Of a DNA stretch of 64,000 nt, positions 19,235 to 28,030 are shown in pieces. Below the pieces are notes generated by a model. It was not told the DNA's origin. It worked only from the letters and a program-made list of their open reading frames with translations, and made no database searches. Source of the stretch: Christensenellales bacterium (GTDB lineage Bacteria; Bacillota; Clostridia; Christensenellales; DTU072); assembly GCA_050945855.1 (NCBI GenBank), contig JBMNTS010000002.1, positions 6,480-70,479 of the forward strand. Reading direction: 5' to 3'. Position numbers and translations under genes: made by a program. Each line of letters starts with the position of its first letter. The first letter of the stretch is position 1.

Positions 19235-20209
19235 ATGAAGGAGAAAGTAAAACAAAACCTAAAAATCAGTTCCACCTTTACCGCGGCTCTTGTGGGGGCG
19301 GGTTTTGCGTCGGGACAGGAGATAGCGCTGTTTTTCGGCGGCAAAAACATTGCTTCCGTAATTTTGGCGGCTGCTCTGATTGCGCTGTTCTGTTACGTTT
19401 TTTTGGAATTGGGAAGGCTAAGCGAAGGGAATGTCTTTGAGAGTATGGGACCTGTCTTTTCGCTGTGCTTTAATTATCTTGTCAAGCTGATAAACCTTAT
19501 AATTTTAGCGGTAATGACAGCGGGCAGCGAATATATTATCAAAAATTCCTTAGGCTTTACGGGAGGGGGCGCGGTTTCGCTGATACTCTGCTGCGTTCTG
19601 GTTACAGAGGGAATGGAGAGCGTAAAAACGCTTAATATGCTTACGGTGCCTATTATGATAATACTTATTTCCGCCCTGCTTTTTACCGCGGGCGGGAAAA
19701 TTATCCTTAGCGGGAAAACAGCTTTTTTCAATTCGCTTGCGTACGCGGGCATGAATATTATTACGGGCGGTTATCTCGTAGGCCTGATGGCAAAAGATAT
19801 ACACAAAAGCCAATGCCGAAATATCAGTCTGATTTGCTTTGGACAGGTATTAATATTGTTGATGTTTGTGTATGCGGCGGTCAACCTGTGCGAAGCGGGG
19901 ACAATGCCGCTGCTGGCTCAGGCGTATAAATACCGTTTTGGATTTGCGGGCGTGGTAACGATATTTCTCGCGCTGTTTACAAGTATGGTTTCCGCGCTGG
20001 CGTCCTGCTCTCAAACAAAAACGCAATCCGTACTTGTTTATGCAGGTTTGGGATTCCTTTTTTCGCTATTCGGTTTCCACAACTTAGTAAACGCGACATA
20101 CATGCCGATTGGCGGAGCGGGATTTGCTATTACTGCGTGCTGCTCTTTTTATTTGATTTGCTTATCTTTACGCAATCGCCGCCGACCAGACATATTACCT
20201 CGCTTTTGA
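19235..20209 (+). CDS. YkvI-family membrane protein (putative transporter)
   Basis: 324 aa. N-terminal TAALVGAGFASGQEIALFF matches the YkvI-type GAGFASGQEI signature. About 10 TM helices. Confidence 0.6.
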   Translation: MKEKVKQNLKISSTFTAALVGAGFASGQEIALFFGGKNIASVILAAALIALFCYVFLELGRLSEGNVFESMGPVFSLCFNYLVKLINLIILAVMTAGSEYIIKNSLGFTGGGAVSLILCCVLVTEGMESVKTLNMLTVPIMIILISALLFTAGGKIILSGKTAFFNSLAYAGMNIITGGYLVGLMAKDIHKSQCRNISLICFGQVLILLMFVYAAVNLCEAGTMPLLAQAYKYRFGFAGVVTIFLALFTSMVSALASCSQTKTQSVLVYAGLGFLFSLFGFHNLVNATYMPIGGAGFAITACCSFYLICLSLRNRRRPDILPRF

Positions 20210-23200
20210 CCAGACCCATATCGCTTATCCTTTGCGGAGACAAAAAAGTCTTGCCGTCTATAAAATATCTTACCTCTCCCCCTCCGGGGTATTTTGCCAA
20301 TACGCTCTCGATTTGCGCATATTTTTCTTTATCCGCGCCATCCAGCTTTATATATAATATTTTGTCCTCTTCTTCCGTTTGCGTCTTTTCCTCCGCCAGC
20401 CATTTTACTATTCTGCTGACAAAAACCGTCGCGCCTTTCTCCTCGTCCGTTTTAAGATTGCCTTCCACCAGCACCAGGGTGTCGTCGGCAAGAATATCGC
20501 GCGCTTCCTCCACCACGTGTCCGAAAAGCAGTATTTCCACGCTGTCGTAAAGGTCTTCCAGCAGCGCGGAAGCCATAAGCGTGCCTTTTTGCGTGCGCCT
20601 TATCTTGACCTGAGAGAGTATGCCTCCGAATCTCAGAGTTTTCTTGAAGTCGTAAATGGAAAGCTCCTCTTTTACCTTGTCCTCTTCCCGCTCTTCCTCC
20701 TGCTCGTCATTGTCCTGCTTTTGGAACTGGCGCAGCATCAGCGTGTTAAAATTAAAACTTTTAAATGCCTCCTCCAGCCCCGCAAGCGGATGTCCGCTCA
20801 TATACATGCCCAAAACTTCTTTCTCTTTAAGCAACTTTTCGCGTTGCGGATACTCCTTAAGGTTGATATAAGCGTAATCCTTGGTGTCCTCTTGCCCCAA
20901 AAAGTCAAAAATGCTCATTTGATTGCTGTTTTGCATTTTGCGGACGCTTTCCTCGTTCTCAATTATTGCCTCGTAATTGGCAATAAGCGTGGCTCTGTTT
21001 TTGCCCAAAGAGTCAAACGCGCCGCCTAATATCAACGCCTGAATTACCCGCTTATTAAGCCCCAGTCCCGCTGTGCGCCTGGCAAAATCCACAAAGTCCA
21101 CAAACTCGCCGTTAGCTTCTCTTTCCTCCAAAGACTTTTCTATGACCGCTATGCCTATCCCCTTTATGCAAGCCAGACCGTAGCGGATTGCGCCCCCCTC
21201 CGGAGTAAATTCCGCTCCGCTTTTGTTGATATCCGGAGGCAACAACTCTATCCCCATCAGCTTCAATATGCCCATATATTTTTTGGTGTCGTCCGTGTTA
21301 TTAATTCTGTTATTAATAACGGCGGTCATAAATTCCACGGGGTAATAGCGCTTAAGATACGCAGTTTGGTATCCCAAATAAGCGTATGCGGCAGCATGAG
21401 ATTTGTTAAACGCGTATCCGCCGAACTTTTTCATATCCTCGAAAACGCTGTCCGCAATCGCCCTGTCCACTCCTCTTTCCGCGCTGCGCTCGATAAACTT
21501 TGACTTTTCCTTAAACAGCGCGGCGACCTTTTTCTTGCTTATCATATACCTTAGCCGGTCCGCTTCCTGCATGCTGTAGCCCGCCATTGCGCGCGCTATC
21601 AGCATAGCCTGCTCCTGGTATATCATTACGCCGCTGGTGACGTTTAAGATAGGCTCCAGGCAAGGATGGGCGTAATTGATTTTGCCCGCTTTCCTGTTAG
21701 ACAAATATAGAGGTATGTTGTCCATGGGACCGGGACGGTACAGGGAAATGCCCGCTATCAGATCTTCCATGTTCTGCGGCTGCAAATCCAACATAAACTT
21801 TTTCATGCCCCCGCCTTCAAGCTGGAATACCGCGTCCGTATCCCCTCTGGCAATCAACTCGAAAGTGCGGGCGTCCTCATAGCCCGTCTGCTCAAAATCT
21901 ATCTTAATCTTATGCCGCTTATAAATATAGTCTACGGCTTTTCTGACATCGGTAAGCGTCCTTAGCCCCAAAAAATCCATTTTGAGCAGCCCCAACTGCT
22001 CAACTTCCTGCATGTTATACTGCGTGGTAACCTCGTCATTATTTAAGGCTAAGGGCACTACTTCCTGCGCGGGGTCCTTAAAGATAACAATACCCGCGGC
22101 GTGTATGCCGGGCTGACGGATAAGACCCTCCAGCTCTGCCGCGACGTTGAAAATCTTGCGGTACAATTCGTCCGAAGCGCACAGATTTATAAGCTCATTG
22201 TTTCTTAGCTCTGGCGGAGAGTCCGGATTGATCAAATCCTTAAGCTTGACGTTATTATTGTCTATCATTGCGGTAAGCTTGTTGCTTTCCTCAAAGGGGA
22301 CGTCGTATATCCTTGCCACATCCTTGACCGCCTGTTTTTTAGCCAGCGTACCGAAGGTGATAATCTGGGCGATTTTGTCCTCGCCGTACAGTTTTTTTAC
22401 GTATTCGATAACCTCGCCCCTGCGTTCCGCGCAAAAATCTATATCAAAATCGGGCATGGATACTCTGGACATATTCAAAAACCGCTCAAAAATCAGGTTA
22501 TGCTTTATCGGGTCCACATCGGTAATTTTAAGCGCGTAAGCCACCAGCGAGCCCACGCCCGAACCTCTGCCCGGCCCTACGGGAATACCGTTGCTTTTGG
22601 CAAAATAAATAAAATCCCATACGATAAGGAAATAATCGGTGAAATTCATACCTATTATTACTTCAAGCTCCGCTTCCGCCCGTTCCGTATATTTGGCGTC
22701 CATGTTTTTGCCGTAACGCTGAGTCAGCCCTTCCCGGGTAAGCTTGCGTAGATAGTCCGCGGCGGTCATACCCTCGGGCACTTTGGTATATTGGGGGATT
22801 TTATAATCATGGAAAACAAATTCCACATCGCATTTTTCCGCGATTTCTACCGTATTCGTCAGCGCTTCTTCTATGTAATAAAATTGAGCGCGCATTTCCT
22901 CGTAATCCTTGAAGTAAAACTCGGCGCCTTCAAAGCGCATGCGCTTTTCGTCCGTAAATCTGGCGGCGGTCTGTATGCATAGAAGCACGTCGTGCATTTC
23001 GCTGTGCTCTTTTTTGAGATAATGCACGTCGTTAGTGGCGACAAGTTTGGCCCCTATCTCGCGCGCAAGTTTAATCAGCAGCGGATTGACCAGCCTCTGC
23101 TCTTCCAAATTATGGTCTTGCAATTCTATATAAAAATCTTCTTTGCCTATTATTGATTGCAATCTAAGAGCGTAGTTTTTCGCGTCCTCGTATCTGTTTT

Positions 23201-23873
23201 GCAACAAATAAGCAGATACCGCGCCCGCAAGACAGGCGGTCGTGCAGACAAGGCCTTGGCTGTGCTTGCTCAGAGCATCCAAATCAATTCGGGGCTTGTA
23301 ATATCTGCCTTCCAAAAAGGCGATGGAATTCAGCTTGGCAAGATTATGATAGCCTTGCATATCTTTAGCTATTAGTATCAGATGGTAACAAGGATTTTCC
23401 TCGCTGCCTTGTTTGCCCTGCTTTACGCGCAAATCGTCGGCGCAATAAAATTCGCAGCCTATCAGCGGCTTTACCTTGGGGATTTTGCAATCCTTGCCCT
23501 TGTCGCACTTATCCGCTTTGGGGCAAAGTTCGGTATATTTGCACGGTTCGGCATAAAAGGAGGCGGTAAATTCCTCCTCCGAAAGCTCCTGCGGCTTTTT
23601 GCTGTCCGCGTTGCGCCCGTATACGGGATACTTCATACATTCCTGATAGAATTTAATCGCCCCGTACATATTGCCGTGGTCGGTGATTGCCAGCGCCCTG
23701 CTCCCTCTGTCCTTGGCAAGTTTTACTATGTCTTCGATTTTTGCCGCGCCGTCCAGCATGCTGAATTGGGTATGCACATGCAAATGAATAAATTCCGGCT
23801 CCGCCCTGCCCTCGTCTGCGGCGCACCGGCGCGCAAGCTCTCCCACGCTCAATATTTTAGTGTTTTTCTCCAT
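20130..23873 (-). CDS. dnaE: DNA polymerase III alpha subunit (DnaE type)
   Basis: 1247 aa. PHP domain HLHVHTQFSMLDGA...AITDHGNMYGA, polymerase core (PDFDIDF), and HhH and OB-fold regions. It carries an unusual insertion in the PHP domain (see findings). Confidence 0.95.
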   Translation of the reverse strand: MEKNTKILSVGELARRCAADEGRAEPEFIHLHVHTQFSMLDGAAKIEDIVKLAKDRGSRALAITDHGNMYGAIKFYQECMKYPVYGRNADSKKPQELSEEEFTASFYAEPCKYTELCPKADKCDKGKDCKIPKVKPLIGCEFYCADDLRVKQGKQGSEENPCYHLILIAKDMQGYHNLAKLNSIAFLEGRYYKPRIDLDALSKHSQGLVCTTACLAGAVSAYLLQNRYEDAKNYALRLQSIIGKEDFYIELQDHNLEEQRLVNPLLIKLAREIGAKLVATNDVHYLKKEHSEMHDVLLCIQTAARFTDEKRMRFEGAEFYFKDYEEMRAQFYYIEEALTNTVEIAEKCDVEFVFHDYKIPQYTKVPEGMTAADYLRKLTREGLTQRYGKNMDAKYTERAEAELEVIIGMNFTDYFLIVWDFIYFAKSNGIPVGPGRGSGVGSLVAYALKITDVDPIKHNLIFERFLNMSRVSMPDFDIDFCAERRGEVIEYVKKLYGEDKIAQIITFGTLAKKQAVKDVARIYDVPFEESNKLTAMIDNNNVKLKDLINPDSPPELRNNELINLCASDELYRKIFNVAAELEGLIRQPGIHAAGIVIFKDPAQEVVPLALNNDEVTTQYNMQEVEQLGLLKMDFLGLRTLTDVRKAVDYIYKRHKIKIDFEQTGYEDARTFELIARGDTDAVFQLEGGGMKKFMLDLQPQNMEDLIAGISLYRPGPMDNIPLYLSNRKAGKINYAHPCLEPILNVTSGVMIYQEQAMLIARAMAGYSMQEADRLRYMISKKKVAALFKEKSKFIERSAERGVDRAIADSVFEDMKKFGGYAFNKSHAAAYAYLGYQTAYLKRYYPVEFMTAVINNRINNTDDTKKYMGILKLMGIELLPPDINKSGAEFTPEGGAIRYGLACIKGIGIAVIEKSLEEREANGEFVDFVDFARRTAGLGLNKRVIQALILGGAFDSLGKNRATLIANYEAIIENEESVRKMQNSNQMSIFDFLGQEDTKDYAYINLKEYPQREKLLKEKEVLGMYMSGHPLAGLEEAFKSFNFNTLMLRQFQKQDNDEQEEEREEDKVKEELSIYDFKKTLRFGGILSQVKIRRTQKGTLMASALLEDLYDSVEILLFGHVVEEARDILADDTLVLVEGNLKTDEEKGATVFVSRIVKWLAEEKTQTEEEDKILYIKLDGADKEKYAQIESVLAKYPGGGEVRYFIDGKTFLSPQRISDMGLVKSEVICLVGGDCVKISKSNKKSSTQ

Positions 23874-23893
23874 TGTTATCTCTTTTCTCTATG

Positions 23894-24139
23894 CTAAAAC
23901 GCGGCTAAAATGTCTTGCACCAATTCCGCTTTTTCATCCTCGTCCGAAAAATATATTTGGATTGCCTCATTGAATTTCATATTCAGACTCAGCAAGCCCA
24001 TTATGCTTTTCCCGTTTACTCTTTTGTTGCCTTTGATAATAAATACGTCGCCGCAAGCCTTGCCCGCCAATCGGGCAATCACCGCGCACTCGTTAGTCTG
24101 CAACCCGTTTGGTTTTGTCACATTTACATCTTTTATCAT
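23894..24139 (-). CDS. crh: HPr-family phosphocarrier-like protein of the Crh type (His15 replaced by Gln, Ser46 retained)
   Basis: 81 aa. NGLQTNECAV stands in place of GIHARPA, while NGKSIMGLLSL retains the HprK target serine. The ATG overlaps the whiA stop (ATGA), and the GGAGGAAGAGGG SD lies within the whiA 3' end. Confidence 0.7.
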   Translation of the reverse strand: MIKDVNVTKPNGLQTNECAVIARLAGKACGDVFIIKGNKRVNGKSIMGLLSLNMKFNEAIQIYFSDEDEKAELVQDILAAF

Positions 24140-25122
24140 CCCTCTTCCTCCATAAGGCTATCCGCAATTTTTGCAAGTCTGCGGAATCTATGGTTTAATC
24201 CGCTCTTGGAAATGGCATTGTCATGCGCCGCCAAAAGCTCTTCCAGATTCGCGTAAGGGTACTCCAGCCTGATTAGCGCCGTCTGCCTTAACTGCTCGTC
24301 CAGAGAATGCAGTCCGACCTTGTCTTTAATGAGATTGATTGCCTTAATTTGTCTTTCGCTTGCCCGCAGGCTTTTGTTTATGTTTGCTATGGTACAATTA
24401 TATTGACGGTTTGTCAAGTTCCTTACCGAACGGGAAATAATAATCTCCTGCAGCGCCATGACCGCTTTGTCCGCCCCTATCCGCGCCAGAAAATCGCTGA
24501 TGTTTTCGCTGCCTTTAATGTAAATGGCGCAATAATTCTTCCTTTCCGCCAAACCCGCGTTAATGCCCGCCTCGCACAACAATTCCAGCAAATCTTGCGC
24601 GACGGATAAGGAGGTGAGCCTAAGCTCAAGATGATAGCCTTGCTTTATTATCCCCTGATTTGTCTGCTCGCTTAAACTGTCTACTGCCGTAGGCGCGCTG
24701 AGTGTGCCGCAGGCTATATACACTCCTCTTAAATACGCCGCCCTGCAGCTGTCCTTTGCTCTTACGAAGGAGGGAATACGCAAGGCGGGAATACCGCCCT
24801 CCAGCAACCCCGCTTCCGTTAAAAACAGCTTTGCCTCCTCACCGCCAAGGGTGTAAGCGTACCCTGTTTTGTTGTTAAAACCGCCCGCTATAAAGCTGTT
24901 GATATTGACGCTGACCCCGTAAAACTTGCTTGTTATATCCGCGCATAAAAAAATCAGCTCCTTATGCAGGCTCTCCACCACCAAATCAAAACCCTTTGCC
25001 TGCGGCCGCAGGAAGCCTATGCCTCTCATTGCACCGGACAAAAAGGCCAGTCCTACCTCTTTGCCTTTATCCTTATGATTAAATGACAGGATTTCCTGCC
25101 TCGCAATTTCGCCCACGCTCAT
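24136..25122 (-). CDS. whiA: DNA-binding protein WhiA
   Basis: 328 aa. Degenerate LAGLIDADG-like N-terminal region (AYLRGVYIACG) and a C-terminal HTH (EELLAAHDNAISKSGLNHRFRRL). Gene order is as in the Bacillus whiA-crh pair. Confidence 0.9.
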   Translation of the reverse strand: MSVGEIARQEILSFNHKDKGKEVGLAFLSGAMRGIGFLRPQAKGFDLVVESLHKELIFLCADITSKFYGVSVNINSFIAGGFNNKTGYAYTLGGEEAKLFLTEAGLLEGGIPALRIPSFVRAKDSCRAAYLRGVYIACGTLSAPTAVDSLSEQTNQGIIKQGYHLELRLTSLSVAQDLLELLCEAGINAGLAERKNYCAIYIKGSENISDFLARIGADKAVMALQEIIISRSVRNLTNRQYNCTIANINKSLRASERQIKAINLIKDKVGLHSLDEQLRQTALIRLEYPYANLEELLAAHDNAISKSGLNHRFRRLAKIADSLMEEEG

Positions 25123-26025
25123 TTATACGCTGATATCTCCGATTATCTTAATTTCCCTTTGCAATTCAATTCCGTACGCTTGCAATACCTTGCTTTGTAC
25201 CAATCCCATAAGCTCTATGTAATCGCTTGCGGTGCCCACTCCGGTGTTTACTATAAAGCCGGCGTGCTCATAACTTATCATAGCGCCCCCTACTCTCGTG
25301 CCTTTAAGCCCCAGCATATCTATCAGCCGTCCCGACCCTTCGCCCGCCGCGCGCTTGAAAGCGCACCCCAGCGAAGGCTTATCAGGATGCGCCGCTCTCC
25401 TTTTGGCTTTTGTCTGCTCTACCTTGTCCCGAATGCTTTTAGCCTCTCCCTTCTCCAGCTTCAGCTTAACCAGCAAAATCATTTCGCTCTCCTTAAAACA
25501 GGACTTCCTGTACGCAAAAGAGAGTTCGCTTTGGGAATATACCTTTATGTCGGCGTTATTCATATCAAAGCATACCGCCTCGCTCACTCTGTCGCCGATA
25601 ACGCAGTTGTAAGCGCCCGCGTTCATATATACCGCGCCGCCTATGCTTGCGGGTATGCCCGCCAATGACTCTATGCCGGAAAGACTATGCATCAGGCAGA
25701 CCTCGGTGAGCTTATCTATGCTTACTCCCGCGCCTAAGGTCAACTCCGTGCCGTCCGCCCTGATATAGTTAAGCCTGTCGCTTTTTATGCCCAGTCCGTT
25801 AAAACCGCGGTCGGAAACCAGGGTATTGCTTAGCCTGCCCATAAAAACATAAGGGAGTTCTTTTTGAGCGGCGTAAGCGGATAACAAGCAAAAATCCGCC
25901 AAATCCCGAGGGTAAGCCAGATGTTTTATTATTCCTCCCCCTTTGTAGGTGCTGAGGGCGGCGGCGTCTATATCCTCTTTGATTTCAAAATGCGCGGTGT
26001 CATTGGTAGATAACTTCCAATTAAT
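25123..26025 (-). CDS. murB: UDP-N-acetylenolpyruvoylglucosamine reductase; the 5' end is uncertain because there is no canonical start codon
   Basis: The ORF track starts at TTG 25902. However, the conserved FAD-domain N-terminus (ALSTYKGGGIIKHLAYPRDLADF, compare HTTxKIGGxA) is encoded in frame upstream of that. I extended the gene to ATT 26025, 9 nt after a GGGAGG SD. Core motifs are GIPASIGGAVYMNAGAY and GCAFKR. Confidence 0.8.
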   Translation of the reverse strand: MNWKLSTNDTAHFEIKEDIDAAALSTYKGGGIIKHLAYPRDLADFCLLSAYAAQKELPYVFMGRLSNTLVSDRGFNGLGIKSDRLNYIRADGTELTLGAGVSIDKLTEVCLMHSLSGIESLAGIPASIGGAVYMNAGAYNCVIGDRVSEAVCFDMNNADIKVYSQSELSFAYRKSCFKESEMILLVKLKLEKGEAKSIRDKVEQTKAKRRAAHPDKPSLGCAFKRAAGEGSGRLIDMLGLKGTRVGGAMISYEHAGFIVNTGVGTASDYIELMGLVQSKVLQAYGIELQREIKIIGDISV

Positions 26026-26075
26026 TATACCATACCTCCCGAGGCTATTTCAATAATAAGCAATTTTTCAATTGA

Positions 26076-26131
26076 CAAAAAAGCTAATCCGTACCGATTA
26101 GCGTGCAAATATTGCGCGGGGCTTGCCCCGC
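26076..26131 (-). terminator. terminator region downstream of hprK (two hairpins)
   Basis: On the minus strand: GCGGGGC-aa-GCCCCGC (26131-26116), then CTAATC-ggtacg-GATTAG followed by CTTTTTTG (26101-26076). Confidence 0.45.
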
Positions 26132-26176
26132 TTTAATCCTTATTATTATATGCCTTGGGAAAGCGGATTTTTACTT

Positions 26177-27133
26177 TTATCCTCTCATACGCTCATCAAG
26201 CAGCGCGGCGCAATTATGCCCGCCCCTTTTCAGCGCGAAATCCCGTACCGCGACTTCGATTATTATCGCAATGTTTCTGCCCTCCAGCACGGGAATAATC
26301 AATTTGGGTATCTTTACGCCCAAAATTTCTTCCTCTTTTAATTCCTTGCCTACCCGCTCATAGACTTTTTCCGAATCGTATTTTTCCAATTCGATTAACA
26401 GCTCTACCTGTTTTTGGTTGAGAATGGAGCCTACCCCGTATATAGCGCGCACGTCGATAATACCTACGCCTCTGATTTCCATCAGATGCCTGATTAATTC
26501 CGGAGCGGACCCTATTATTGCTTTATCTATATTTTTCAGCACGACAATGTCGTCGGTTACCAATCTGTGCCCTCTGTGGACCAACTCCAGCGCGGTTTCG
26601 CTCTTGCCTATGCCAGAATCGCCCGTAATCAATACTCCGGTGCCGAATACGTCCGCCAGAACGCCGTGCTTTTGCGTGGAGGTGGAGGGCGCCAGCAGTT
26701 CCGAAAGATAAAACAGCAGGCTGCCTACAAAATCCGAGGTTATCTTGTCCGTGGAATAAATGGGCTTATTATATTTTTGCGCAAACTCCCTCATTTCCGG
26801 CAGCGGCGTAAGCGAGCGGGATAAAATCAGGCAGGGTATATCCGTAGAAAAAAACTTGTCCAATACTTTTCGTCTTTTACCTCCTTCCAAGGACAATAAA
26901 AAACTCATTTCCGCCATACCGATGACCTGCACTCTGGACTGGGCAAAATAGTCCTCGTAGCCCGCGAAAAACAAACCGGGTCTGTTGACTCCGTTGGTGC
27001 ACAGGGCAATACTTCCTCCCTTGCTTACCTCCGCTTTTAAATCCAGCGCTTTTATAAATGACGCTTCTTCAACCGGCCGCTCCTCCCGCTCTTCGCGGAT
27101 TAGGGCAGTTCTGTCTAAAATATTATCTTCCAT
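26177..27133 (-). CDS. hprK: HPr kinase/phosphorylase
   Basis: 318 aa. Walker A GDSGIGKSETALEL and the signature LMEIRGVGIIDVRAIYG. Confidence 0.93.
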   Translation of the reverse strand: MEDNILDRTALIREEREERPVEEASFIKALDLKAEVSKGGSIALCTNGVNRPGLFFAGYEDYFAQSRVQVIGMAEMSFLLSLEGGKRRKVLDKFFSTDIPCLILSRSLTPLPEMREFAQKYNKPIYSTDKITSDFVGSLLFYLSELLAPSTSTQKHGVLADVFGTGVLITGDSGIGKSETALELVHRGHRLVTDDIVVLKNIDKAIIGSAPELIRHLMEIRGVGIIDVRAIYGVGSILNQKQVELLIELEKYDSEKVYERVGKELKEEEILGVKIPKLIIPVLEGRNIAIIIEVAVRDFALKRGGHNCAALLDERMRG

Positions 27134-27150
27134 ATTTCTTTCTTCGGATT

Positions 27151-27963
27151 TTACTCCTCAAGTCCGTATTTGTTTATTATATGCAGCACGCCGTCCTCAT
27201 TATTGGAAGGCGCTATTACGTCAGCAAAACGTTTGGCGTATTCGGAGCCGTTGGCTACCACTACTCCCAGCCCCGCATATTTTATCATTTCCGCATCGTT
27301 GGAAGCGTCGCCGATACAAATTATCTCTTCCCTTTTGATGCCGTGCATTTTTGCCACCGTTTCCACCGCCTTGCCCTTGTTTATGTCGATATTAATCATT
27401 TCCACCAGCCATTTGAGCGATGTGTTAAACAGTATTTTGTCGCCGAAAATGGCTTTCATCTGCTCTATTATGCCCTGCACCTTTTGTGGCTCGGTCATTA
27501 TCATCATTTTGATGGGGCTGAACTTGCGCTCTTTCAGGTATTTTGTAATGGGATACCCTAAAATAAGCGGGTCTTGGCAGGAATAGCTTTTGTAAATGTC
27601 CGTATAAGGAGTGTGCTGCGCCACTATAAACTTCTCAAAATCGTAAAGCTGATAATAGTGCCCCTCTTTCTCTATCCATTCCGCGGTTTTGAGCGCAATT
27701 TCGTGAGCGATGGGGCAGGTGGCGATTCTTTCTCCGCTCTCGATATCCTCTATAGACGCGCCCTGAAAGCCGATAACCTCGCCCTTAAGCCCAAGGTCTA
27801 AGCAATACGGGCGTATTGAGCAGGTCATGCGGCCGGTTGCGAACATAAACTTGCCGCCTTTGGCTACGTACTTCTTTACTCCCTCCGCAAGCTTGTCCGA
27901 ATAAGTAAAATCATCTCTTATAAATGTGCCGTCAAAGTCCGAAACTATCATTTTGTATTTCAT
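27151..27963 (-). CDS. Cof-type HAD-IIB family phosphatase
   Basis: 270 aa. Motif I VSDFDGT, motif II ATGR, and C-terminal GDASNDAEM. Confidence 0.85.
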   Translation of the reverse strand: MKYKMIVSDFDGTFIRDDFTYSDKLAEGVKKYVAKGGKFMFATGRMTCSIRPYCLDLGLKGEVIGFQGASIEDIESGERIATCPIAHEIALKTAEWIEKEGHYYQLYDFEKFIVAQHTPYTDIYKSYSCQDPLILGYPITKYLKERKFSPIKMMIMTEPQKVQGIIEQMKAIFGDKILFNTSLKWLVEMINIDINKGKAVETVAKMHGIKREEIICIGDASNDAEMIKYAGLGVVVANGSEYAKRFADVIAPSNNEDGVLHIINKYGLEE

Positions 27964-28030
27964 ATTTTATCCTTTTCTCCGCCTCTATGATACCTTAGAA
28001 AAAAAAGATAATCAACAAAATACAAGGGAT

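Noticed and set aside
26024-26053. A TTGAAA-18-TATAAT (TG-extended) promoter-like element upstream of murB.
   Set aside because: I did not report it as a feature because its -10 hexamer overlaps the in-frame ATA/ATT candidate start codons, and the GGGAGG SD lies inside its spacer. The promoter reading and the SD reading are mutually exclusive and cannot be resolved from sequence alone (see the murB finding).
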